NCBI GenBank assembly: GCA_973895155.1
Contig: OZ316896.1
Coordinates: forward strand, 5,213,925 to 5,277,924
Direction: 5' to 3'
DNA length: 64,000 bases
From: Marsupella aquatica
Lineage: Eukaryota; Plantae; Marchantiophyta
Shown in pieces: positions 1 through 13,269 of this stretch. The first letter of the stretch is position 1. Each line of letters begins with the position of its first letter. A model generated the notes under the pieces. The model was given only the letters and a program-made list of their open reading frames with translations, was not told the origin of the DNA and ran no database searches. Both the position numbers and the translations under genes were made by a program.

Positions 1-1198
<1,198 letters not shown>

Positions 1199-1376
1199 CG
1201 TTGCTCCCTCTCAGACCGCTCCTGCTCTCAGAGACCCCGAGTGAATCCCTCCTCCGCCTGCCTCCCGTCCGCTCCCTGCCTTGCAAGCTTTTCAAAGAGA
1301 CCTTCTCTCTCGACGAACCCCTTCACAATCGCTCCGCGAGCCGCCTGCTCAGCACACGGTGCTCTCGTTACGATCG

Positions 1377-1385
1377 AACCCTAAA
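1377..1385 (+). promoter_or_regulatory. telo-box-like motif upstream of RPL23
   Basis: AACCCTAAA ~180 bp upstream of the ATG. Telo-boxes are typical of plant ribosomal protein promoters. Confidence 0.55.
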
Positions 1386-1412
1386 ACCTGGCGCAGGATC
1401 ACTGATTCTCGA

Positions 1413-2225
1413 CTTCTCTGTTTAGGGTCTATTAATTAATTCTATTAATTAATTAATTAACCAGGCTCTAATGAAGGTACTACCGTGCTGAAGTTTCTGT
1501 TTAGAGTGTAGGAGTTAATTAAGCACGCTTTAATGAAGGTACTACCGTGGTGCGTTTTTTGGTTTAGATTGTTCTAGTTAGTTCAGGCTCTGATGAAGGT
1601 ACTACCGTGGTTCGTTTTCTGTTTAGATTGTACTAGTTAGTTAATCAGGCTGTGATGAAGGTACTACCGTGGTGCGTTTTCTGTTTAGATTGTACTAGTT
1701 AGTTAATCAGGCTGTGATGAAGGTACTACCGTGGTTCATTTTCTGTTTAGAGTGTATTAGTTAATTAATCAGGCTCTGATGAAGTTACTACCGTGGTGCA
1801 TTTTCTGTTTAGAGTGTATTAGTTAATTAATCGGACTCTAATGAAGGTACTACCGTGGTAAAGTTTATGTTTAGAGTGTATTAGTTAATTAATCAGGCTC
1901 TGATGAAGGTACTACCGTGGTGAGTTATCTGTTTAGGGTGTATTAGTTACTTACTCGGGCTCCGATGAAGGTACTAACATGGTGACTTATCTGTTTAGGG
2001 TGGGTATTAGCTAATTAACCGGGCTGTGATGAAGGTACTACCGTGATGACTTTATCTGTTTAGGGTGTATTAGGTAATTAATCAGGCTCTGATGAACATA
2101 CTACCGTGGTGACTTATCTGTTTAGGGTGTATTAGCTGATTAATGAGGCTCTGATGAAGTTACAACTGTGGTCACTTATCTGTTGAGGGTGTATTAGTTA
2201 ATTAATCAGGTCTGATGAAGGTAGT
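1413..2225. repeat. ~62-bp minisatellite, ~13 copies, directly upstream of RPL23
   Basis: Unit ~ctgtttagggtgtattagttaattaatcaggctctgatgaaggtactaccgtggtgacttat. Variants occur in blocks (tagattgt, tagagtgt, tagggtgt). Confidence 0.95.
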
Positions 2226-2973
2226 ACTGTAGTGCCATCCTGGTTAATGAACAAAATTATTTATTTTGGATTTTGGGAAAACTCATACTACTAAAAAATA
2301 GAGTCTGGATGGATTGCTCCAATAGGGTGTTTCAACCCTTTAGTTTTGCGGGGAAAACCCTGGCACGAAAGTACCAGTTGTGGTCTGTAGCCATTAGTGT
2401 GCGGACAAGCATTTTTGTGTCCATCAAACCTTTCAAGAAAACACCCTTGACCACAACTGGAGGCAAAACAAATAGATTTGAGATTCCCCTAGTGTACTGC
2501 ACGAACTATCTTAAAAAATAGGTCATATGTCTAGACTGAAATGTGACCTGTAAACTAGTTCTTCACCATTCAGTTCCAACTAGTTTACCTGATCATAAAT
2601 GGTTCCAGTTAGTTTGCCCGGTGGTAAATCACTGCTCAAACCCCAACGACTCAGGACTTCTGTGATAAAAGTCAGACTTCTTTCCCAAAGCCGGTCATCC
2701 CTAGCTGCCCAAAGTACTCAGTGTATCCTTCACAAAAAGTGAAATGTCCTTTGGCAGCTGATTTATAATATTTGATTATTTCTTGTTTGAATAAAAAACT
2801 AGCAAATGATCTTTGAAAATCTCAAACTTTTAATAGGTAATAGATCAAGACACCTATTATCAATTTTAGGGTTGTACATTGAACAAATATTGGTAGGATG
2901 TCATTTAATAGATCCAGACAAAGAACTCTACCAGATCTTCAAAAGAGCCATAGGTCTCCACGTATGGGGGATA

Positions 2974-3264
2974 GCAAAGATCATTCTGACCAGAACATAA
3001 ACGGAGATTTTGTAGACTTGCAGGCATAATTGCTACTTTTGTTGTGATTCCACTTGGCTTCAGGTATTACCTCCACTATCGAATAGACTTGTGGACTGTA
3101 GTTTTTATCAGTGAATGGCAAAGATCATTCTGACCAGAACATAAACGGAGATTTTGTAGACTTGCAGGCATAATTGCTACTTTTGTTGTGATTCCACTTG
3201 GCTTCAGGTATTACCTCCACTAGTCGAATAGACTTGTGGACTGTGGTTTTTATCAGGGAATGGC
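2974..3264. repeat. near-perfect 144-bp tandem duplication
   Basis: gcaaagatcattctgaccagaac... starts at 2974 and 3118. Confidence 0.9.
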
Positions 3265-5336
3265 TTGAGGTTGTGACCACTCTTCAGACCCCTTGAGACA
3301 TCCTGTCCTGGGTTAACCTTACATTTTGCTCAAGGTGTTTTAGTACTAATGTAGTGTCATCCTGGTTCATGCAAAATGCAAATAATTAATAAAATTTTGT
3401 ACATGACTAACATATATTTTAGAGTGCTCATGAAAACATCAAAATCTCTTTGTGATGCAGATTTAAGAGCATTGTGAATGTTTTGATGTAAACACTGACT
3501 TTGCAGTGTTTACATTATTCTTAAATTTCAAAGTAACATCAACAGGTATTAGAGTCCTGACAAGTATGAAAGCATACATAAGTAGGGAGTCCACAAACTG
3601 ATTATATTTGACTGTTGACAATGAAGTCACTGCCTTAACCCAAAAGGTTTGAAGGAGTTGTAGTGCAAATGAGACCACCAAAATAGTAACACAGAGCATT
3701 AACAGGTTCTCCTAGACTTAAAATACCAGTTTAGCAGGGCAAGACACTAACACAAAAGGTGGCTATTGATATTTTCAACCCCTAATACAATGTTCAACAA
3801 ACCTGTCAGTCAAATAACTGTTTCCCACCCATTTCAATACATATGGTGACCATGGGCCGCCTTTTGCAAAAATGTGTTTTATAATCATTAACACAGGATA
3901 GAAAGATTGCTAACAAGTTTCTTCGAGGTTTGCTGATTTCTGTGTGTGTTCGCCTCCTAAAAAACCACCGAAAGCGAAAAGCAAGGGTGATGCCTCGATG
4001 CAAAGGGAGGGGATATCAAGAGCTGTTGCAACCATCACCAATCAAAATAGAAATGTTTTACAATCTGTATTTTAGTAATATTCAAAACACTTTGATGTCA
4101 AACACTGATTTCTCAGTGTATAGTCTGTTTTTGAAGTTAAAAATGAAAATTACACAAACTCTTCATGGCATTGCGTTGTAGCTTAAAACCAAAAAATATT
4201 TTCTCCTGACAGTCCCTGTGGTACAAGATGGATCAGAGCCAAGTAACCAGTTAAGGAGGTTTCCCCAAGGATTTAGTTTGCTGCAAATAATATAGTGGCA
4301 CTGTGATACTTTTTTACATCTGGTGCTCCACTAAATATGTAGTCACCACCGGAAGACTATAGTTAGATTGGGTAGCTAGGCTCTTCAATTTGCCAGTAGG
4401 TAGGGAACAGGATTTTTTGTATCCTTAGGTTGTTTTTGTGCTGGGCTTCTCTTCGGATCCTTCTAGCTTTCTGATTTTTTGGTTGTCCTCCCTTGCAATC
4501 TTAAATGTGATGAAGACTTGGAAACTGACTTAGTTATCACTCCTCTAGTATAGCCACTTCGTCACTCCTCTTTTGTGAAAGGAACAGACAGATCTGATGT
4601 TGCCCGATATTCTGTGAATAGAGAGAGATACAAAAATGTGAGCTTACACTTGCTCGATACAGTGGTAGATGTTCTTGCTCACATTGAAAATATGGAAGCC
4701 ATCAAGAGGTCACTGCAATGAATGAATTCCATCTATCAATGCAATTTGAAGCGCACTGAGAATGCAATAGCAGAAAGCAGATCCTCATCGACGACTGGTG
4801 AAAGGTACCGATAGCCCAGTATAGTGGATGCTGCTCTTGCTAATATTAAAAAATGTGAAAGACAGAGAAAACCTTAGACCAGGGCTTGGAAACCAAAATA
4901 AAAGAAATCCGAAGACTCAGCATTGTCATAGGATTACCAATGTTCAAGACTAGACCACAACATGATGAAAAACAATCTCGCTTACAATCAGAGCACAGAG
5001 AATCATTCATCCTCAGTGGGAACGGTTTCGAAAGGTTGGGGTCCACTGACTTGTAGTGGACAAAAACAATTCAGTGCATAAAGTTTAAACGTGGCAAATC
5101 TACAGCCAATATTCAGTAGACGAAACGGTAGGCAGGGGCCCGTGTATTCTGGAAATATGCAGGGGGCTCAACCGATACACAGGGCCCGAAGATTACGGAA
5201 CAGGACAGCGATGCCCGGTGGGCTACTGGGCCAAGGTTTTCCTTGACATCCTGTACAGACTGCTCACCGGACCGTTTACTTAACCATGGTGGACATGCTC
5301 TCAAATTCTTTCTGCAAATAACAGATCCTACTAAAC

Positions 5337-7965
5337 TCAAATTTTGAAGTCCCGCAACTGGCTAACATTAACTCGAATGGAAGGTCCCATTGTTGAACAC
5401 ACATACGCTGTCTTCCAGTAGACTCCCTTTGATCCTGATGGTCTGTTGCTGTCCACAGAATTCTGTACACCCCAATCATTATTAAACTATTAGTGATTTT
5501 GACCTACCATCTGATAATTTCTATTCAATGAGCCCGTTGAAATTTACTTCAGTGCTGGGGCACAACGGCTTCGAGAACTAAGACAAAATAAATACAGTCT
5601 GGATAGGATTTTCTTTCGAGATCAGTCCACAGTAGCACCAATACATAGCTTTTCGCACAAAATGGAACCGAGGAGAAAATCGTGCTTAAGCAACATTTAC
5701 AAAAATAGAGAAATATAGCCATACTGTAATCCAGCAAAAGCCACGTACCGCAACTGCAACAAGATTTGCAAGGAGGTCTTCAGCTTCGAAATCAGTTTTC
5801 CCAAAAGGAACATGAACAATTCCTGTTTTATCACATCGATATTCCACCTTTCCAGCTTTGAATTCTTCAATGGCCTGAGGAAATCGAGCATACATACTGT
5901 CAGAGAACGCATAGGTGTAGACTACCTTCCGGAAATCTTAAAATGAAGGAAGCGGTCCAGCGATAAACCTTAACCGATGAGCAAAGTTACAAAGTCAACC
6001 AATTCGGATATGATTCACTGCTACTTTGCGTAGCACACGCTTACCTTGGTGACATCTACTGTGACAGTGCCCGCTTTGGGATTGGGCATCAACCCACGTG
6101 GACCCAACAACCTACCCAACTTCGCCACCTGCAACATCCACCTTTATATTAGCAATTGTGGCGAATCTTGTAATGTCTCTCCAGCCAATCAAATGCACAA
6201 ATGTTAAGGCAACTCTGTCTACCCCTGGAACAAACCCTGCTCTTATATGACGAGTCCCAGACTTAGTTATGCGGCACCTTGGGCATCATGTCCGGGGTTG
6301 CAATAAGCTTATCGAAGTCCAAAAACCCGCCTGCAATCTGCTCAATCAGATCTTCTCCTCCCACAATATCTGCTCCTGCATTTTTGGCCTCTTGCTGCTT
6401 TTCTCCTGGCAAAGACAATCAAGAAACATATTTAAGAAACAAATCAAAAATTGAATGATGAGATATGGCTCCTGAAGAACCTCTCAAACCTCTCGAATTT
6501 TAGCAGCACAGATACTGCCACTTCTAAGAAAGTAGATGTAGCTCATACATCTCAGGTCAGCCACGCACAGCAGAATTACCTAGGATTGACTATGTTCTAT
6601 GAAGCTCAATAAAATCACTCTGGCGCGGACCCTTCAAACCCCGTGGTTAGAGGTAGTTGGTTCACTTACTTGCTCAATTCTACTATTGAAAAAGCTATTT
6701 ACCAGGGGAAGTAACATGAGAAACCGAATTGGGTTCTGTTCATCAAGTCGCCTTCTCACTCATGGCTGTGGAGAATCATACTGAACCCCTACCCGCAGAC
6801 TTTTTAATCGAAGAATTCAGCCTGCAGGACCTTCGAAAGAGGCGTTGGGCTGAAGAGTTGCAGCTGCAGACTCTTCAGGAAGTGCCATCAATTTTCGGGA
6901 TATAACTTTGTTCACTATCGCTGGGTCCTGGCGACTACAACCAACCATTTACGTTCATAGATGCTGTCTGTACACTATGGTGTTACAAACCCACAAAAAA
7001 TCATTTTTGTAAAGAAGTTTTTGGAGGAGGTTGATGTCTGGGTTAGAATCCCAGCTTTCTGTCTGGTACAAGTCACAAACCTTGGGTGAGAATCGCCACT
7101 CTCACAACCTGTCCCGTTCCCTTGGGGAGTGAAACCTGCATACCAACTCCATTGCTGAGAAGGTGACGGTCACAAACACCCAAACAAATGTGGGAGAAAG
7201 CAAAGCGCCCGCAAGCCAAAATGACATTCTGCATAAAATCAATCAGGAAAAATGTGAACGAAGGCGAGAACTTTCCAACACATACCGTGGCTCTCAATTG
7301 TTGGTCGGTGTATTTAGGGTCTAAATTTAGGCGAAAGTGAGCCTCAGCAGTTTCAGCAAACTTAACACTGGCAGTCTCTTTGAGCAGTCGAATTGCAGTG
7401 GTGGGTTCGTACTCTTGCTTGCTAACGCGTAGCTTTGCAACTTCCAAGAACCTCTTGGATCGCCCCCCCTGTAAATCGAACGCGGAGCTTCAGCCACAAC
7501 ACGAACGCTAATTCCGAAAAAAACTGCCCTCGTATCAATAATACACTTGCATTCTTACTACATTCGGCAAATGCGTTGATCATTTCCTTTTCAGTTCATC
7601 ACCCGAAGGAACTACCATTTTGCAATCAATCCTCTACTCAAACTCAGTCAATGGCTGAGGTATACCGTTGTCCGGAATTTGCAATAGTCTGGCATCCTAA
7701 GAAAAGAGCATCAAGCGAGTAAAGAGCCGCCACCAACCTTATCGATCTTAGTAGAAGAAGGTTTGACAGAAATCTCCTCAGCAGCGGGAGCAGCAGCTTC
7801 GTCGTCCACTGCCACAGTCATCCGTATGCCCCTGTACACACCCCTCGCTTGTGGACGGGCACAGCAGCTACCCTGAAACGACCCACCATCTTTGCTATGG
7901 CTTTTAAGCCCCGACCACTGCGTCGCCAATGTCAGCCGACTCGTGCTGTTCACCAACGCCTCCAT
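5337..7965 (-). CDS. RPL1: 50S ribosomal protein L1, chloroplastic (uL1c), nucleus-encoded; exons 7965-7738, 7468-7286, 7135-7081, 6405-6278, 6128-6045, 5874-5749, 5462-5337 (309 aa)
   Basis: All introns GT-AG and phase-consistent. Ser/Thr-rich transit peptide; motifs [59 protein letters not shown]. Confidence 0.97.
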
Positions 7966-8275
7966 TGTTTCCTATCAACCCAATCTCTTCCTTGATGAAA
8001 TCCAAACAACGGAATCACTCGAGCTGCTGTACCTCGTCAAGACTCTCTCCACCGTGTCTCCACCGTCTACACCAATTCGGTCCACCACCTCGGGAGAACA
8101 TCAAGCAGAACGAGAAGCGGCTCGAATGTGGAGATGGCGAGAAGAAGGTTGGCCATGAAATTCTATTCCCCAAAAGCGACCTGGATCGACTACCATAGTA
8201 TAGTACCGTTTCATGAAACAGGATAAGATGCGAAATGGGTCAATATTTATCGGAGGGTTCAAGTTCCTACAGTAC

Positions 8276-8790
8276 TCGATATTGGAGGGCCCAGTTTTAA
8301 ATTGGCTACTAAGGGGGACTTGTAGGCTTTACAAGAGTCCAGTTTAAATTGGCTACTAAGGGGGGCTTGAGTGTTCGAAGGGTTAAAATTACTAATAGTC
8401 GATATTGGAGGGCCCAGTTTAAATTGGCTACCAAGGGGTACTTGTAGGCTTTACAAGAGCCCAGTTTAAATTGGCCACTCAGAGGGGCTTGAGTTATCGG
8501 AGGGTTATACTAATAGTCGATATTAAAGGGCCCAGTTTATATTGGCTACTAAGGGGGTCTTTTAGGCTTTACAAGAGTCCAGTTTGAAATTGGCTACTAA
8601 GGGGGGCTTGCAGGCTTTACAAGAGCCCAGTTTAAATTGGCTACTAAGGGGGGCTTGAGTGCTGGGAGGGTTAAAGTTACTAATAGTTAATATTGGAGGG
8701 CCCAGTTTAAATTGGCTACCAAGGGGAGGGGGTCTTGTAGGCTTTACAAGAGTCCAGTTTAATATTGGCTACTAAGGGGGGCTTGAGTGT
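8276..8790. repeat. composite tandem array (~43-bp subunits) upstream of plastid RPL1
   Basis: About ten repeats of ccagtttaaattggctactaagggggg, alternating with ggctttacaagag and gttactaatagtcgatattggagggcc. Confidence 0.9.
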
Positions 8791-11401
8791 CTCTCCATCC
8801 AAAGCAAAACTGCCTGCCGGTTCCATATACCAAAGTTGAAATGTCTGAGCCAAAAATGTATCAGGTCTGGAGGTAATTCCCTGAAAAAGAAGTGGAGGTC
8901 TAAGTTTTTGACAAAACAGCATGTACACATCAGCTAAAAAATAGGTCCACTGACAAATGACTAGGTTTGATAATGATCTTGTTTGATTGTGCCCCTAAGT
9001 TCATGGAAAGCTAAGTCTCACCTGTTCTTCTATTTGAACTACTAGGATTGCATCTCACACCAAAAACAAATTGCTGCCTCCAAGTTCTTGTAAAGCCACT
9101 TTAAGAACTACTTGCTACTGCCACTGAAGGATTTGCTTACAAGTTTTGCTGTCTGGGAAGTAGCTTGGCCTCTAATTCAGAGTCAGTCCCATCAATAAGC
9201 CGAAAGTCATTATGTCTGCAGTGCTTGTGGTGCAGTGGTCCACTAGCTTGCAGACTGTGTTTGCATGGTTGATCACTTTTGAGGTCTTTAGCACCCTTGA
9301 TAGGCAACCACCACTCTTGGCAACTTTTGGGGTAGACAGAGACACTTGGAAGGTGGATCTCTGTTGTTTGGCCCATTCTGAGTACGGATGGGAGACAAAA
9401 CCTGGAAAATTCATCTGTTACATATCCTTTTTTAGGAGGTTGTACAAGCTAAAACAGGCCCCCTGGAGCTCCTCTAAGTGTTATTAATGTCATGGTGGGA
9501 TTTGGCCTTTGCAAGACAAGTGTTAAGGAAACAAGCTGAACGGACCTATGGGTTTGCAAAAATACCCAGATAGACTTGCACAATTGGCATGGACCTCAGC
9601 TTAAACCCTCCTTTTTGCTCAGATGGCAGATATTATACCAGAGGGTTAAATGTGACAAGAAAAGATTGTCATGATCTAAAATTTGGAGCATTCTCAATTT
9701 CAATGGAAGTTTGAGATATAAGGTTAGTTGGAAAGATCTTTCCAAGCTCAATCTAGATGCATAGCAAAAGATAAATTGGCTAGTGACATTTTCTGGTCAA
9801 AAAGTTTTGGAAGTGGGCAAAGTGTCAGCAAAATGAGGGTGTAAGGGGTGTCACGGTCCATGAGGGTTGAAGGGTTGACTAGGTCCGACCCTTGGCGCAA
9901 TTTTTGATGAAAATAAGGTCCATTTCCGTTTCATAGTGGGATTTGGGTTTTGCATGACAAATATTAAGGTTGTGATAGAGTTGTACGTAAAATAAGACAA
10001 GGTGGGTGAGTTACCTGCAGTTAGTAGCCAAATTCAGTATGAGTCACCACCCCACCCTGCAAGTAGGCCTGAAGTATTGGTCAAATTGAACAAGGGCTCT
10101 TAGAGTTTTTGGCTCTTTAGTCTTCTTGGGCTTTTCTCCAACATTCTCCACATCATTGGGTCTCCCAATCTTTAGGTTCCCTACTTGGACTGGGTTTTTG
10201 CTTGTTGGTAGTGTCTATGGTGCTGACTGCTGAGCACTTGGCAGAGTCCCCATATTCACTGAGTTTTCTTCAAGGCTAGCTGCTCTAGAGGCAAATTTAC
10301 TAATAAAGCGCAATGCAAAGCTAGTTTCGAGGTAACTCTCAATAAGGACAAAACAGAAAAGTAGAGTGAAAAAAAACAGAAATGGGGCAAAAATGAATCA
10401 GAAATAATTATATGTAATAGTTTTATTGTAGGATTCTTCATTGTCTTGGTCTCTGTTTATGTTTTAAGGACTTAGGGGGCGACAATCAAATTAGCGGTAG
10501 GGGTGAGAAATGGGATGGGGTGGAGTAGTGCAGAGAATAGTGCACCGTATTTAAAAATAGGGTCACCTGTGAAGAGAGTCGGTGGAGTAGGGGCCGCTTG
10601 AGAGAGTCGGTGAATTAGGGAGGCTGCCTGTGAAGAGGCCAGCTGCTATCATCAAGGGTAAAGGGCTATGGTGAAATGGCAGGTGTTCTTCAATTACTTG
10701 AAAAAGCTTTGGTCAGCTGTTGTCATGAGGGTAAGGACTTTTTCATCCTCATGTCTATTAACATTCAAAGAACGAGTAGTTGGCTAGTGTCTAAGGATGC
10801 TTGATCTCCAGGGAAAACTGCACCAGGGACCCCACTTTCCACCTCAAGTCTTATTATTATGTAAAACTTTAATATCACCAGAAAATGGGGAAAACTCACA
10901 TTGCTAACAAGGCTGGCAGAACCCAATCAGCCCCACACATCCACTTGGTGGGGATTTCTTTTCTCTAGACTTCTCTTTTGACCAGGTTAGTTGTTTCTTT
11001 GAATGTTCTTCCTCCTGCCATTTAATTTATTGACGTTTCCACTTGGCATTGGTGTAAGTACTTTCCATTTATCTACCAATTTCTTACTCTCACTTTGATT
11101 TCCCTTTGGTGGAGAGTACAAGGTGAGGTTGTTTAATTTTGTTGTGTCCACGAGTGAGCAGTAAATACGTCCATACGACTTTGTCTAGCTCTTTCACTAA
11201 AAGTACACCAAGAGGTTTTGAAATCTTCAAATATGACTACAAATATCTACATTTAGATACGAAGATAATGGATATCCTCAAAAAATCAAGTAGAGAATAT
11301 TCAGATAAGCTACAGTAGCTTTACAAGATGTTGGACCCATTACCTTTTTTTCATTCCCTCTAAGATTAAATCTAAATCATATAACGAGTGGAAACAACTG
11401 A

Positions 11402-11676
11402 GGTTGGCTTTACAAAAACTAGGGGGGCATTTATTCAAGCCTGGTGTCTAGAGATTCTACACGGTAAACAGTGGACCCAAGATGCTGATGTGGCCTGCTT
11501 GTTCCTGTGTAGAAGTTTAGAGAACCTCCACACCTGGTCAAAACATTCCAAACTTTTACTCCTTCATTCAAGGGGATTTGCATTTATTGAAGTTCATTTT
11601 TAAAAGATCTTTGGTCTAGAGTGTGGAGCTCTAGTGAAAAATATCATAAGTGCCCCCAATGTCTTGTAAAGCCACC
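11402..11676. mobile_element. MITE with ~32-bp imperfect TIRs
   Basis: Left ggttggctttacaaaaactaggggggcatttat versus reverse complement of right ggtggctttacaagacattgggggcacttat. No clear TSD. Confidence 0.6.
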
Positions 11677-12946
11677 ATTATGCATTGCACTTGAAAGAGA
11701 CCACCTTAGTACCTGCCCACAGCTACTAGAAGGTTCTCATGAATGCAATCATGAGATAAGGGTGCTCCAACTTTAAACAATCTCCCCCATGTGGTAATAG
11801 AAAGCTTTTAGGACTTCTTATCTAGATAATTGTGAAAATTAGTTCGTGGACCCCTATCTGCTTGTGTTTGTAGTTTTAACAGAAGCTTCTACTACATATC
11901 TAGCACCCCCACTTGGACCATCAAATAATGAACCAGAAATTTCAGGCTGGGGCTGGCCATTAAGATTGTTTTTGCGGAGCTCTCTAAGCAGTCACGCCAC
12001 AATTCTATTCCCTCCTCATTTTTGTGGACGGACCAAGCGCAGTTGTTTTTTGCCACTAAGTACAAAATTCAAGATGCTCATTTAGTCAATTCTAACCAAT
12101 TTATTACAATTCATTTCATGTTCCAATTTCCCTGTCTGTCGATTGGATCTTGAAATGCAGTATTCAACTTACAGGTGCCACTTTGCCTTCTAGTGTGCCA
12201 CAACTGACAAAAAACAAATCCTTGCCTTTTCATGCCCAGCTTTCATAATGGACTTCCAGGCTTCAGTTTGTTCTTCATTCCAAATGTCGCGGGTGCTTGA
12301 AACTCTCGTGAAGTCGATCTTGACTGGCTTGTTGATCTTGCACGGTGCCGGTCGATCTTTCTTCTGTGAATTAAGAGTGCCAGACAGTGCGAGACCTCAT
12401 GCGATTGATGGTTGTCTCAATCATCTGCTACCAACATAGTTTTTTTTATCGTCCTTGTCTGTTTCTTCTCATAGTGAATTTTAATCTCATGATCCCCAAT
12501 TTTCATCTTGACATCCTCATCATTGGCGGCCCTTTGTTGCTTAGTAATACCCCCCATCATTACGCTTCTGGTAAACATTTCTCTCGCTATCCTCTACTCA
12601 ATTGAATCAAAATCCAGAATGATGGTGGGCCTACTACTAAATGCACAGGCGGTTACTCTGGGTAAATAAAACGGTTATTTGAAATAAATTTACATCATGT
12701 TTTATGCAATGAAGTCCTAAATGTTACGAAAAACTTGCAGCAAACACGAAAGGGTGGAGTAGTTTTATTTTGGAAACCAATTTGTTCCTATTTGCAGGAT
12801 GCCATGATGACATGGTGCGCTGTGGAGTCTCAAATTTTGGAAAGGACCCCTACTGGGGTCTGGAAAAACATTCTTTAGGATACCTAAAGTGTGGGGATCC
12901 CCAAAACTAAAGTCAAATAGTTTTTCTTGTAATGTGTACCCCCTCA

Positions 12947-13269
12947 AAAGGATTCTCATGTTGAGAAGAATAATTAATCATTCCTTTCTTGGATGAATTA
13001 TTCAGTAACCACTTTGAAGCAAGAATAAATTAGTTTTGGGTGACTAGGTACTTGTGCTTGAATGTTTATTCTTTGAAAGTGTGTTCTGCTACTTTTTGCT
13101 TTATAAAGTGTTGGACCCACTTCTATCCCCACATGTCATTTGTGTAGTAGACAACTGCTTCTAAACTATTGTGAACCACTTTCAAAAAAATGGCGGGCCT
13201 CTAATGTTTTTCTCATTATGACTTAGGTTAGCACACGTCAATCAGTCAAAACCATAAACTTAGGAAACA
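12947..13269. repeat. dispersed repeat, copy 1 (second copy at 22973-23265)
   Basis: Shared blocks agaagaataattaatcatt, tagttttgggtgact, gggcct and ccataaacttaggaaaca in the same order. Confidence 0.75.

Noticed and set aside
1460-2225. Hammerhead ribozyme array (CTGATGA followed by GGTA-C-TACC stem)
   Set aside because: The essential GAAA after stem II is absent in every unit (GTG, or a further-diverged variant, follows), so the catalytic core is incomplete.
1413-2225. CRISPR array
   Set aside because: Whole units are homologous with no unique spacers, the context is eukaryotic, and there are no cas genes.
4505-4600. C/D snoRNA (GTGATGA...CTGA)
   Set aside because: No convincing terminal stem or recognisable rRNA antisense element.
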